Source of the DNA: Tubiluchus corallicola
Lineage: Eukaryota; Animalia; Priapulida
DNA: 64,000 nt
Direction of reading: 5' to 3'
NCBI GenBank assembly: GCA_030141605.1
Contig: JAQGDQ010000075.1
Span: 434,001-498,000 of the forward strand
Position 1 is the first letter of the stretch, and each line of letters begins with the position of its first letter. The notes under the pieces were generated by a model. That model was not told the origin of the DNA, made no database searches, and saw nothing but the letters and a program-made list of their open reading frames with translations. Below are positions 41,605-53,729 of this stretch, piece after piece. A program made the translations under genes and the position numbers.

Positions 41605-43691
41605 AATGCGAGATCCAGGCAAAATTTGAAGTTTAAACAGTTAAATTTTCCAAATTTGTGCTAAACTAATCCAACACATGTGGAAGACAGCAAGATTAAT
41701 TTTCTTCTATACAGCTACGTCAGACTCTCCAAAAATAGGTTAATATGTCCAAACAAATTGCCAGAACGCGACGTAATTTCCTAGTAACTGTGGAGGAAGA
41801 CCTTGAAAGTTCATCTCTTTCAACCAAATATTTACACACTTGAGAGAAATGACTCACTTTTCCGGTGGCTGTCTGGAAAAACGTGGAAACGTAATCCAGG
41901 AAGCAAAAAGCCGACTTAACACTTCAGCACTATGGCGTTTTTTACGACAACAATAAAATGTAACTTATCACTAATTTGCTGACAAGTTAAAAATTTCAGT
42001 CATTAATTCACCAGGCTGTCTCGTGTAGTCTTTCTCTTATAGACGTTAAGATCCAATATTCCATCTCTTATACAATTATTTCATTTATGCATTACTTCAA
42101 ATCGGCAACGGTGTTGTTCAAATATAGGCTTCTTTACATTATTCCTGATATTTTTTACCATTTTACATTAACCGAAATTCGCAAAATTTAGAAGCTGTCA
42201 TAGAGTTTTAGTCAATGAAATTCTCAATTCGATTGCACGAGCATCAATACCGTCGAGAGTTTCAAAACAGTGGCCACTTAAGTCAGCTTTGGCTCTTCAT
42301 TCTTCAACAAACAGTCTCGTACTTGCAATAATACGCTTTACATATATGTTACAGAAACACCCAAACCCTGCACATTTTCATCATTACAAATCAAAACAGA
42401 AAAATTCCATAAAACATTACACGCTTCAAGCAAATTATGCCACGAAGAAGAATAATTATTGCCTACGTTTTAGCATCAGTCGATATTGAAGCCACGATCA
42501 CAGTTCACGGTTTTACATTTTTAATCACTTTAGCACTGCATCCTGTCTGTACATGTTAGTAGCTAACACAGCAAATGCGGTAGCAGACCTACTGCTAAAT
42601 TATTAAACAGTTTGACTGCCATGCATATCGTATGGATTTATTGTTCATCATTAAATTGCCTGTGGAACCAATATTTTCAAACGTGCACGAAAACCTGACG
42701 TATTTAAACATTAAGAAATGAATTTAAATACCTCATAAAGGCTGCACGACAAATGGATGAAAAACGGGAAAACCACGGGTGGTCGAAAGATGTTTCTTGT
42801 GTGTTGACCTCACAGTGACTGATAGTAAGTCTTCTAACCTTGCTTTTTTGCCTTTATTAGAACCTTATTTGCACAGAGGTGCATTCAAACAAGGAATCGT
42901 TATTACGCCATAGAAATTTATGGAAATTTTGATACAAAAAAGTTACGAGAAAACCACCGTAAGTAATACTACGTGACTAAAAGACGATTGATGACGGGAA
43001 AAATTCTGTCAGGTATGTAATACCAAATGAAGTCATATAAGCGGCGTCACAAATCTTAAAGCTTAGACTGACCAAATAACGATGCTTATTCTTACTTTAC
43101 TTTTTATTTTAATTTTATCGTCATTAAAGGACGTGTCACGTCAATATAATACCACTTTTAAAATCAACACTATTGTCTGCGACTATTTCACCCCATTTCA
43201 TCAGATTATTTCAGTATTTTCACTTGATTTGCTTCAAGTCTCTTTCACTGCACCGCACTGCAGTATACACTAGAGTAATGTATTCAGATTGACTCTTATT
43301 CTCCGTTAAGCGCACACAATCTGTATACTGCGATTGATAAAAGCACTTTATTTAATTCGCACTCATTATGAACACGAATCCAAAGTCGATACTTCTCTGA
43401 CACGCGGCGCGAATAGCAGCACGCATGCGCAGACGTACCACAGAAAGAATCGGGGAAGCTGAGAAACCAGGCATGAACAAAACGGCGCAGAACTTAAAAA
43501 CGAATTTCTGTCGAGCGTTCAAATCAAGCCAGCATCGCGTCCTTTCATCGCCAGACATGGCAGTTAATCAACGTTCTAATTATCCGCCCAATTTGTCCAT
43601 TCGAGCGCTGACGATTCCATTATAGAAGGAATGTCTTTATTTATTAGATAAACTCACGAAAGCAATACTAAATTAGAAAGTCTGAAAAATT

Positions 43692-43756
43692 GTGCACCTT
43701 ATTGGGACTCGAACATCAGGCCTTCTGCTTTCGAGTCAGCTGTATAACGCATTACA
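43692..43756 (-). other. tRNA-derived (SINE-head-like) degenerate sequence
   Basis: Minus strand ctgactcgaaagcagaaggcctgatGTTCGAGTCCcaat contains a B box and an anticodon-arm-like hairpin; no intact acceptor stem. Confidence 0.45.
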
Positions 43757-44666
43757 AAAATTTCTAACTACGGAGAATCATGGTCCATATATACGGTATC
43801 AACAAAGTACAAAATCTAATTTGCCTATTTATAGCGGGAACAGAACAAGTTGTCAACCCGTTAAATACTGAATGTGAATGAGCTTTTTGTTACCACCAAG
43901 CAAACCTTGTAAAACTTCATTGATTCTTTGGAAACACAAATACTCATTTTAAGGATCTGAAATTATTAGACGGTTCAGGAAACACTAGCTGTTGGATTAA
44001 AGAACTTCCCGCAGGCAGCAAATCAGCAACTTGGTTAATAGCTGCTCTTTGCTCTTTTTCTCCGTCTTCGAACACAAATTCTAAAAGTTTGTTTATTGAC
44101 CTTACTGTTCTACCCGCAGAATATCAGCTGCATGTATGGTATGAACTATTTCTCCCAGTTCCACGTAGTGATTGAAAAAACCTTCAGAACTTTTTGGAGA
44201 TTGAGTGCACTTAGGTACCGGAATTACATATATATATAGTTATCGAGTTAGTTCGAATTAAAATTTGTGGTATCGTGATGTTCAGCGATTTATTTCATGC
44301 TGTCGAAGTCCGATTTATTTCAAAAAATTGCTTGCCCGTAGTTTGTCGCAGGGATTTAATTAAAATCCTCAGGCGTTATAAAATTTATCGCGTTTTGCGC
44401 ATTGGCCCAACTCAATTCGCCCCTTTCCTTCAGGAACAATAATTGAAAATGCACTCTGGAAAAATCAACAAATCCGGCAAAGTTGAATGGCGAGGCTTTA
44501 CAACTTCAGTCGTTCTATTACGAATCTAAGTTTTTCTTCGGCAATTTGTATTGACTGCTGTTAGTTTAAAGCAGATTGGGTTTTCTTAATGTGGAATGTC
44601 ATCATCCTTTTACCTTTTACATGCTTGAATCAATACTGTTAACTCGTGATGCTTTCTTATATATAT

Positions 44667-45014
44667 TGTTACGGAGACACTTGTGTCGGGTCAGGTGTAG
44701 GGCCCTCTACACGCCCTGCTTCCACGTCAGCAGCGACTCACCCCATTCTTGTAGGTCCAGACGTCTTGTTTGGGCCTACACGTGGTGTGAGAAGCCAGCT
44801 GAGCTGGAATGCCAGTATAAAAGCGTGTAGAGGTCACTACAGCTTTGATTTCTGACACAGGTGCTCCTCGGGTGTAGTGCTGTTACTGAGTTAGTTAGCT
44901 ATTTTTTGTGCACGTGTATTTTGTTCCCTGTTTTTATTAGTGCTGATAATAAACTCCGTACAGTGTAGTTTTTGTGCATTTTATTTTATGAGAGTTAAAT
45001 GACATGCTATAACA
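44667..45014 (+). repeat. Putative 5' LTR of the Gypsy element
   Basis: TGTTA...TAACA inverted termini, internal TATAAAA (~44816) and AATAAA (44948); lies just upstream of gag. No second copy to confirm the boundaries. Confidence 0.65.
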
Positions 45015-45119
45015 GGTATATGGTACTAGTTTACAGACATTAACTTAGCTAATTAGCATAACATTTGTAATTAAAATTAACATTTGTAATTAAGTAATCA
45101 GTTACACAACGATAGTAAA

Positions 45120-46900
45120 ATGGATCTTCATGATGCGCAATATCAAGACCGCCATGCCATTTTGGAGTTCGATCCCCTGAGTCGAATTCAGTCCACTGGT
45201 GTCGCAGAAGTTGATAAAGAACATTCTCAACCACCCCCTGCTCAAAGTTTTTTTGATGATGGTGTGGCTTATCAGGCTTCTTTCTGGGTAAGCTCCTTGG
45301 AGCGTTGTTCTGCTGGCCCTATTGTCAATTGTGTCCCCCCAAACGTAATTTCACATCCTGAAAATAAACTAGGTCAGATAAATTCACTCCTGTCTACTAA
45401 TGCTAACCTTGATCGCGTACTTGGTCAACGCGAAAATTCAGGCTTTAATACTGCCAATCCCAGTAATCAAAATTTAGCTGTAGAATTGCAAAATTTGTCA
45501 TCGCGTTGTGATTCCCAGCTTAAAGATTTGAGTTGTGCAGTGGCTGCTCTTTCTCAAGCGGTCACTAGCTTAGCAGAGAATTTTTCTGATCGCTGTGACG
45601 TATCTCGGCCTGAACATAGGCCTACTTCGAGTAAAAAACCTGTTTTGAATTCTACTCCAGCTAAAGAACTGTGCTAAACTATCGAACCCGCTGTTTGTAA
45701 ACTAAATAGTAAGTCTCCTAAATCGTTAGTCAATTTCGTTGAAAATCATGGATATGTTCTCAGATTTGCCATTTCAATTTTGTACTCCCACGCATGCGCA
45801 GCCAGAAGTACCGGTTCCGAGTAACACACCTGTTTGTCAACCTAGCTTACACACCACAAATACTGTTAGCGCGCGTGAAGTGAAAAACTTTTTTTGATGG
45901 GGAAACGGTCCCATGAGAAAGTTATAAAGCGCAATTTCATTTGTTAGTTGAACTTAACAGTTGGAATAATTATGAAGCCGGTTTACGTTTAGCACTGAAA
46001 CTTAAAGGGAAAGCTGTTGGGGTTCTTGAAACTTTGTCGCCTGCCCAACGCTCTGATTATGCAATGCTTTGCTCTGCTTTAAGCCGTAGATTCGGGTGTG
46101 ACAATGACGAAAGCGTATACCGCGCTCAATACAACAGCCGTTACCGTCAACCCGGCGAAGATTTGCGGCAATATGCAGATCATTTTCGTGCTTTGTACCA
46201 CCGTGCATACCCAGCAGTAGACTTAAATTCTGCAGAACATCATTTGGCGTTGAAGTTCATAGATGGTTTGTGTGATGTAGAACTAGCTATACATGTGGAG
46301 CAAAGCTTTCCCACGAACCTTGCTGATGCGTTGGCGTCTGCTTTGTCTATAGAATCTATTCGTTAAACTGCAAAGCGCAACGCGGAGCTTACGAGTGTTA
46401 AAACGCGCAAAACATTGATGCAGAATCAAGATACGGCATGGAATAAAGCTCCCACCACGCGAGAAAATCTTGAGCGTAACACAAAGGATCGCGCTAAGTT
46501 TGAACTGCCAGACAATTGTGTACAGGAACCTACAAAAAGGATTCACGGAACAAATGATTTTGTTTGTTACTGCTGCATTGTGGTTGGTCATTTTGCAAGG
46601 AACTGTCCATTGTGTCGCAAGTCACAACAGTCTTACCCAACAAGAATATTTGATAACTCATTTTTCCGCTTATCTCAAAACTCGCAGAGTAATTCGCGAT
46701 TTTGCAGCCAGTCTAGACCGAGTAAAACTAATCGAAATTATGACAACTCTCGCGGTTATACTGTGCCAGTTTCGAACTCGCCGCGCAATTTTAGAAATTC
46801 GCCCAATTCTTGCCCTCCACCTTCGCGTTTTCAGTGGCGGGTGGACGGAAAAAGAGGCATCGTACCACCCGCCAGACCCAAAAGGCCTCGCACAAACTAA
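45120..46900 (+). pseudogene. gag: Gypsy gag, fragmented
   Basis: ORF pieces 45120-45677, 45941-46366 (LKGKA...RFG...RQPGEDLRQYA...KFIDGL) and 46415-46900 (CYCCIVVGHFARNC zinc knuckle). Confidence 0.85.
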
Positions 46901-46959
46901 GCGAAACACTCCCTTCGGATCAATTTAAGTTTGGTACTGTGCTCAGTGAATTGAATCTG

Positions 46960-48540
46960 GTTGCTGGTCTTTATGCTGTCGGTTCAATAGATGGCAATAA
47001 ATGCCGAATATTAGTGGACACAGGGGCTACACATACCACGGTTCGTCCTGAGCTTATAACCAATCAGCTTGAGCCGTTGGGGTGGCGAACCGCTATAGGT
47101 GTAACCGCTACACCTTTGCAATTACGTGGTCCAATTTCGGTTTCATTGCAACTCGGTACAATTTCTAGTACTGTGTCGGCTTGTCTAACTAGTGACCTAG
47201 CTGGAGAAGATTGCATTTTGGGTTTAGACTGGTTTCGAGAAAATAAAGCCGTAGTGGACACTGGCCTAAAACGCCTTGGCAGCAAACCTTTTCGGTCAGA
47301 CGGTCTTTTAACTGGTCGGATAACTTCGCCAGCTGGTGCTACTACAATTCGTGCCATAGTAGCAAACATAACCAACTATCCTGTTACACTCTCGGAAAAA
47401 GAACCTGTTGGTCAGTGGGAAAGCGTTAATGAAATTGTTTGTCCTATTAAACTTTCTACAACGAAAGGTTTTCAGTCTAAACGAGATAAAAGAGCGCTGT
47501 CTGAACCGGTGCAAAAATTTTTAAATGCTAGTAAAACTGCACTATCCAGTACGCAGTACAAGCAGCTGAAAAGTCTGTTAATTAAGCATAACGATTTATT
47601 TTCCTCTGGACTCTATGACATTGGTTGTACAAATATTGTTCAACATCGCATTAATACAGGTACTCACTGCCCTATTAAGACTCAAGCAAGGCGTCTTGGC
47701 CAGGCCCAACGCGAGGAATTAAATGCAGCAATGGATGAAATGCAGAGACAGGGAGTAATTGAACCGTCTTGTAGCCCGTGGTCTTCTGCGGTGGTCCTTG
47801 TACGAAAAAAAGATGGAGGAACGCGCTGCTGTATAGACTACAGGGCTCTCAATTCGGTTACAATCAAAGACAATTATCCCCTGCCTCGCATTGATGATTC
47901 AATCGATGCTCTTTCCGGTAGCCATACCGGTGTACGTACAGATCCGGCAAAAATAGAAGCCGTTGTGAACTGGCCTGAACCTAATAACTTGTCTGATCTT
48001 AGAAGCATTTTAGGCCTATGCACATACTACCGGCGTTTCATAAAAAACTTCTGCATTTACTAACTCGCAATCAGCAACCTTACATCTGGCAGGCTAGCCA
48101 ACAGAACGCTTTTAATTGTTTGAAAACCTTGCTTACAAATTAGCCAGTTCTGGCTTACCCACAATTTGACACTGAATTTGTACTCGACACTGACGCGAGT
48201 AGTGTAGCGATAGGCGGTGTTCTCTCGCAAATTCAGGGTTGCCAAGAACGCGTGATAGCGTATTACAACCAAATTTTATCTCCTGCAGAACGAAATTATT
48301 GCGCTACACGCCGCGAACTTCTTGCAGTGGTTAAAGCTGTGAATCACTTGCACTACTATCTTTACGGACGGCAGTTTGTTATACGCACTGACCATGCTGC
48401 TCTTCGCTGGCTGAGAACCAGAAAGTCAGTTAGCTCGCTGGCTTTGCAAATTAGACCAGTATGATTACACAGTAACACAGTAAAACAGCGTCCAGGCAAA
48501 AGCCACGTAAATGCGGACGCGCCCCTCAGCAATACGTGTC
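46960..48540 (+). pseudogene. pol: Gypsy pol (protease, partial RT, RNase H), disrupted
   Basis: Aspartyl protease DTGA; RT lacks the YxDD core; RNase H in a shifted frame ~48170-48530. Confidence 0.88.
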
Positions 48541-48915
48541 CCTCAGCATGAAAAATTTGAAAACTGATTAAAATCGTTAGTTTCGGAAATCTGAACACTA
48601 CAGTAAAGTGTCTTATCTTATCTTACATCAAATAGAAAATACGAGGAAAGACACAAAAGCAGAATTATAGTTAAGATGTCCACTTAATAACATGAAGGCT
48701 GCACCATACAGCAAAACTTTGAACACTGTCCACATGATTGCAAACGTGACTAATTGCTTTGGTAAAGTTAACTATGGGTAGTGGTAAAATGTAACTTAGT
48801 TTAAGTGGTCTCCTTAACAAAATAAAGACAATGCTAGTCAATTTTATTCACTGCTAGCACCTCGAGCGCAGTCCATGTAGAATAAAGTAAAAAATATCGT
48901 CAATCGTCCGCAACG

Positions 48916-49096
<181 letters not shown>

Positions 49097-51840
49097 TTTA
49101 GGTATTTGAGAATCACTGCAATAGCATATAAAGACATTTAGCTTGTTAATTTAATTTAACCGAGATGTTGCAAAAATAACACTGACTAGCCATTAATAAT
49201 TTTGAATGTTTCCGAGAATACCATAGTCCGGTAATTCACTCAGCATCCGAATTAACTGATTAATAAATAACACGAAAAGCAAGCAACTTGAAGGTAGTCC
49301 TTGCCTCGCACCAAAATTAGTGTCAAAACATTCGTTACCAAAACATTCTTCACGCATGAAATGATTACATAGCCTGAATCGCCCGTGTCATTTTACTAAT
49401 TCATTATTCTTCTAGCAGTATTTTGCAAGATGTTCTATCGCACTCAGCAGAAAAGTCGAATAAATAGTTTGCTATTACTACATTTTGCAATATCGAATGG
49501 TAACTGTAGGGACATGATGTATTCGAGATATCTCTTTTTAACTGTTTTTTTTAAAAACAGGTTGTCAAAACGTTGCAATACTTTGGTACTGAATATGGAA
49601 TAGTGAATGCAGGTATCAATCTAAAATTCACCAAAACTGGCTGAAAATTTTTTATGTATCAAACAGTCTATTATGGCTTTATTATATTTTTACTGCGGAT
49701 TTTATATTGTGTTTACGTATTCTTTGATTTTAGTACTACACTTTTAAACTACTGATGTTTTATTGTTTATGATGCCTATGTTCCGGGGTTAGGGTGTGAT
49801 TGTATGTGCTGTATAATGCTGTATTTACGTTTTTAACTCGTGTTTCGTATATGGAAGAAATACTGAAATAAAGGTTTGAATTAATCCATTCATTAGTTCA
49901 TTGTTCAAATGCAGCCAGATTCAGGCGATTACTATATGCATTAACAAGTTACTGGTTTATGTAATAGGACATTCAAATGACAGAAGTTACATAACTTGAA
50001 CTGTAAACCAATAACGTTCAAGCTAAGTCACAAGACACACAGGCATAAAGCATAAAAAAACCGTCGAAGAATATACCTAGTCTGAAATAGGCAGTATGAC
50101 TTACAGTATGTTTTACTGTTTTTACTGTCATTAGTAAAAATAGGAATTACTTATATTAAGAACTTGGGAAGCCTCAGTTACTTCTTGCATTAGGTTACGA
50201 AGGCAAGCGAAGTTAATCAGAGTCTTCCGCCGCGTCTCATTGTCAGTCAGTGTTAGATTTACTTTCTTGCAATGTGGCGACATCTGTAATATTCGAATTG
50301 CGGGATTAATTTTTTAGTTGACGACAACGCGGATTGAGTAAATTTCCTCATTTGTTAATGAAACTTCGGAGCGTGAAATAACTCACTTACTGAGACAATT
50401 TTGTAACTCAGACACTTGGCCTTAGAATTTGTATTCAAAGCTTGCTTAGAGCTTTTAATTACTGGATACTTGCTTACCAGTTACCTGGTAATATACACAC
50501 TTTAATATATGTTACCACGCTGGAAGTGTTTTTGTAACACTACTAATGTAGACCTAAGTCGAGTCTAACTTTTTTTGAGTTGTCAGTTCAACTGGAAAAC
50601 TAGGGTAGTATTATAACCTGAAATAGTGTTAAAAATAAAGTTGGTTAATTTTTGTTGAATTGAATTTGGCCTATTTGTTTAATAAATTATGAAGATCAAA
50701 AGAGCTGTTTAGACAGAAACGGAACAGTTTCTCACCCAATGTGGTATTTTAACATAGAAGTAAATGTGAGCTGGCTGTAACATTATCATGAATTGTGAGA
50801 TAAAACGTGCTGCAGCGAAAGGAAAATTAAACTCGTAACAAATGAATGACATGTCAAACGGATTTTTGTATAACAGTAGTTTTTATCCGAAAAATGCTAG
50901 CATATATATATATATATACAGTGTATAGCTTATATCTAGCCTTTTCTATTTAAAGACAAAGACTTTTTCATTGAAATGATAACGAAAAGGGCAATTTCGC
51001 AAGACAAGAAACAATCTTGGGTCGAAAAAAATCAGAACCTTAAATCCTCTTCGAAGAGATCTCGTAGTAGTAGTTCATAAACTTTGTTTATATTATACCA
51101 GAAAGTGTTAACACACTGAGGAGATTAATTTTGACAAATTCTACGAAAAAATTGGTAATGTTAAATATTTTTGAGGATCAATGACAAGTAGCTAAGCTTA
51201 GGTGTGACATGGACATTTGGAAACATATTACGGGCGCTTTATAGCTAAATGTGTTGTTGTACTAAAATTTCAATAATAATTTTTGTACGTAGCGGAGCTG
51301 GATTTAGATGAAGAGAGGCCTAGGCTATTCCACTTTCGAGGCCCTACTACATCTGGAAGCGTACATTTAAATCAAAAATTTAATGAAGCGGAGGGTGGTG
51401 GCCGTTGTTAACAATTCCACAATTCACAATTCACAGTTCACATTTCCTCCTTATCTTCAGTATGTTGACAAATGCTATGGTGTTTTTTAAAAAAGTTGAA
51501 AACCAGTGTGTTTGTACTAACATTAATAATGTTCTCCCAGGAAATTTCAAAATTAGACAATTTAATTAAATTAGAATCACTCTAGCGTAGACGAGCCGAA
51601 CATTGGATATGCTGAATTTGGTTGGCAGTTATAAGGGATGAATTTTGGGCTGCCTTGATCCCCGGGTTCAGATCCAGGTTGTATTCCCATTTTTGAAATC
51701 AAAGAGCGCATAAATATTAATACGAACATCGCGGAAAAAATGAACAAAAACCGAACTTTTCTTAGGATAAGTAGAAATTTTCAGAAAAATTGAATAGCAA
51801 GTTTCCTTTTATATGATGTAAATTCTTATTAACATTATTA

Positions 51841-51935
51841 ATTCCTAATCCTAATCCTAACCCTAACCAAATTCTAACATTAATCCTAACACCTAGCACT
51901 AACACTAACCCTAACCCTAATCCTAATTCTAATCC
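51841..51935. repeat. Degenerate (CCTAAC/CCTAAT)n hexamer repeat
   Basis: cctaatcctaatcctaaccctaacc...ctaaccctaaccctaatcctaa. Confidence 0.8.
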
Positions 51936-52748
51936 GCTTCGCGAAGTAATTTCTTGTGTGAGGAGAATTGTAAACATTAGCTTAGAATTCTTTCATTCAC
52001 TTCATTTTGGTTGTATAACAACGTCAAGTTTAACTAGTTATGCTACAAAATATAGATGCCTCACACAAACTTGACAAAAGTCCTAATGCTAAATTTTTCT
52101 GAGCCAAAATCTCCGCGTTTTCTTATTGTACCATCTTACAATTCTTTGGCGATGTTTACAGCAAAGAAGCCGCTTATAAGCTCAACAGACGTCCAGTTAA
52201 GATCGGGCTGTTTGTTTGTTAGGGCGCTAATTTCAACTGTTAGCAGAATTGCTTGTCATCACTGCACAATCAAGTACTAAAATGCATTTTGGTGAAATGT
52301 TAAAATTTCTTGTCGATGTGGTTGCCACGTAGTTTCATTAAACTATTATCATAAAGCAAAAAAGTTACTAGTATTCACTGTCAATTAAGTTAGGCTGACC
52401 ATAAAAAGGTATAGCTTTGACATGTATAATTAAATCCTGTTATATAATTATTTTGTAAATTCCTCTTTCATGAAAAGAGCACTAAAGCGATAATGCATCT
52501 CGCAACATTAAATTTTACATAATGCACGCAGTATGAACAAAGGTCTGCAATTACTGTCATAATAATTTCAAAAGTTTGCAGGACCGTTAAGTCAGTTCAT
52601 CATATATCAGCAAATTTTAGTTTAAAAGTCATTTTGGCTACAGAGATGACGGAGACTACATGAGTATAGAGTACAAACTAGAAGTATAATCGAAAAGAGT
52701 GTACATAACGTGAGACTCTGACAGTTACTGCATCATGCTTAGACAAAT

Positions 52749-53729
52749 ATGGATTTTCTTCAGAAAAATGTCACTAGTTTTTACTGTAGCACTGGAACTT
52801 TAGAGGAACAAGCTCTTATCTTTATCTCTCTGGCACTGGGAGTTGTTATTGTCGTCAGCAATGCTCTTGTCGTCGTCGTCATCATATGCGACAGAAGACT
52901 GCACGAAATTCCTTACTATTACATAATCAGTTTGAGCATAGCCGACAGTTTTGTGGGTCTGACCACAGTATTGCGAATGTTGTCTTTGCTAAGTCCACTG
53001 CTTTGCTCACCCCACTTTTGTCATGCCAGTGCTGCATTTCTGGGAGTCTCTTTTCGAATGGCCTTTCTCTTATACCTGGCAGTCACCACTGAAAGATACA
53101 TCGCTATTAACTACGCCTTGTCCTATCCTCTGCTCCTCACTAAAAACAGAGTGTTGGTCAGTATCTGTGCGATTTACATTTTTGGAATTGCCCATTTTGT
53201 TGTATCTTACTGGCTGTATCAATTAGATTTCAATGACGGGTTCTACATATCTAGTTGCATCTTCTTCAGTCCATTGAGGTATGAGAGAGTGTTCGGTGTG
53301 GCGACTGCCAGTGTGATTATTTGCATCGCTTATCCTTTGATTATATATTTTTACGCCAGAATAGGGAAGACAGCTCTGCGACACCAAAAAGCCATTCAGG
53401 ACCGAACAGTGAGTGAAGAAGTCTTCAAAAATCAGCTTCGTGGAAAGCTCATTTTGGCCAAAACACTGGGAGTCGCCATTCTTATTTTGTCCGCATGTTG
53501 GTTGCCGATGATACCATATTTATATGCGCTAAATGTGTGCTTACATTTACGTCAGACAGTTAACAATGGCGATGTTTCGCTGGTCTGCCGCGATCTTGAT
53601 AAACATTCTGAGTGGGTTGCAGTGTGGGCTGCTGCAAATTCCGTCACGAACGTCTTTATTTATTCAGCACGATTAAAGCAGTTCCAAGATGGCGTTAAAA
53701 ATTTGAAGCAAGTATTGGTCGGAGAATAA
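52749..53729 (+). CDS. Class A (rhodopsin-like) GPCR, intronless, 326 aa, ligand unknown
   Basis: Seven hydrophobic segments; TM1 SNALV, TM2 SLSIAD, TM3 ERY, TM5 YARI, TM6 CWLP, TM7 NSVTNVFIY, helix 8. Confidence 0.92.
   Translation: MDFLQKNVTSFYCSTGTLEEQALIFISLALGVVIVVSNALVVVVIICDRRLHEIPYYYIISLSIADSFVGLTTVLRMLSLLSPLLCSPHFCHASAAFLGVSFRMAFLLYLAVTTERYIAINYALSYPLLLTKNRVLVSICAIYIFGIAHFVVSYWLYQLDFNDGFYISSCIFFSPLRYERVFGVATASVIICIAYPLIIYFYARIGKTALRHQKAIQDRTVSEEVFKNQLRGKLILAKTLGVAILILSACWLPMIPYLYALNVCLHLRQTVNNGDVSLVCRDLDKHSEWVAVWAAANSVTNVFIYSARLKQFQDGVKNLKQVLVGE

Larger units (their letters stand above)
44667..48540 (+). mobile_element. Decayed, 3'-truncated Ty3/Gypsy LTR retrotransposon
   Basis: LTR-like 5' segment, then gag (capsid-like, CCHC knuckle), protease LVDTGA, RT N-terminus ([30 protein letters not shown]) and RNase H (LDTDAS, NYCATRRELLA, TDHAAL, NADA). 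Frameshifts and stops; no integrase or 3' LTR seen. Confidence 0.92.

Noticed and set aside
43692-43756. Functional tRNA gene
   Set aside because: Only the B box and one hairpin are recognisable; the D arm and acceptor stem do not pair.
46810-48063. Domesticated retroelement gene
   Set aside because: Surrounding gag and RNase H are frameshifted, the ORF has no clear ATG context and the LTR persists; simple decay is sufficient.
51841-51935. Interstitial telomere or chromosome fusion site
   Set aside because: Short and degenerate, with only a few perfect CCCTAA units and no head-to-head arrangement; such tracts are commonly TE-associated.
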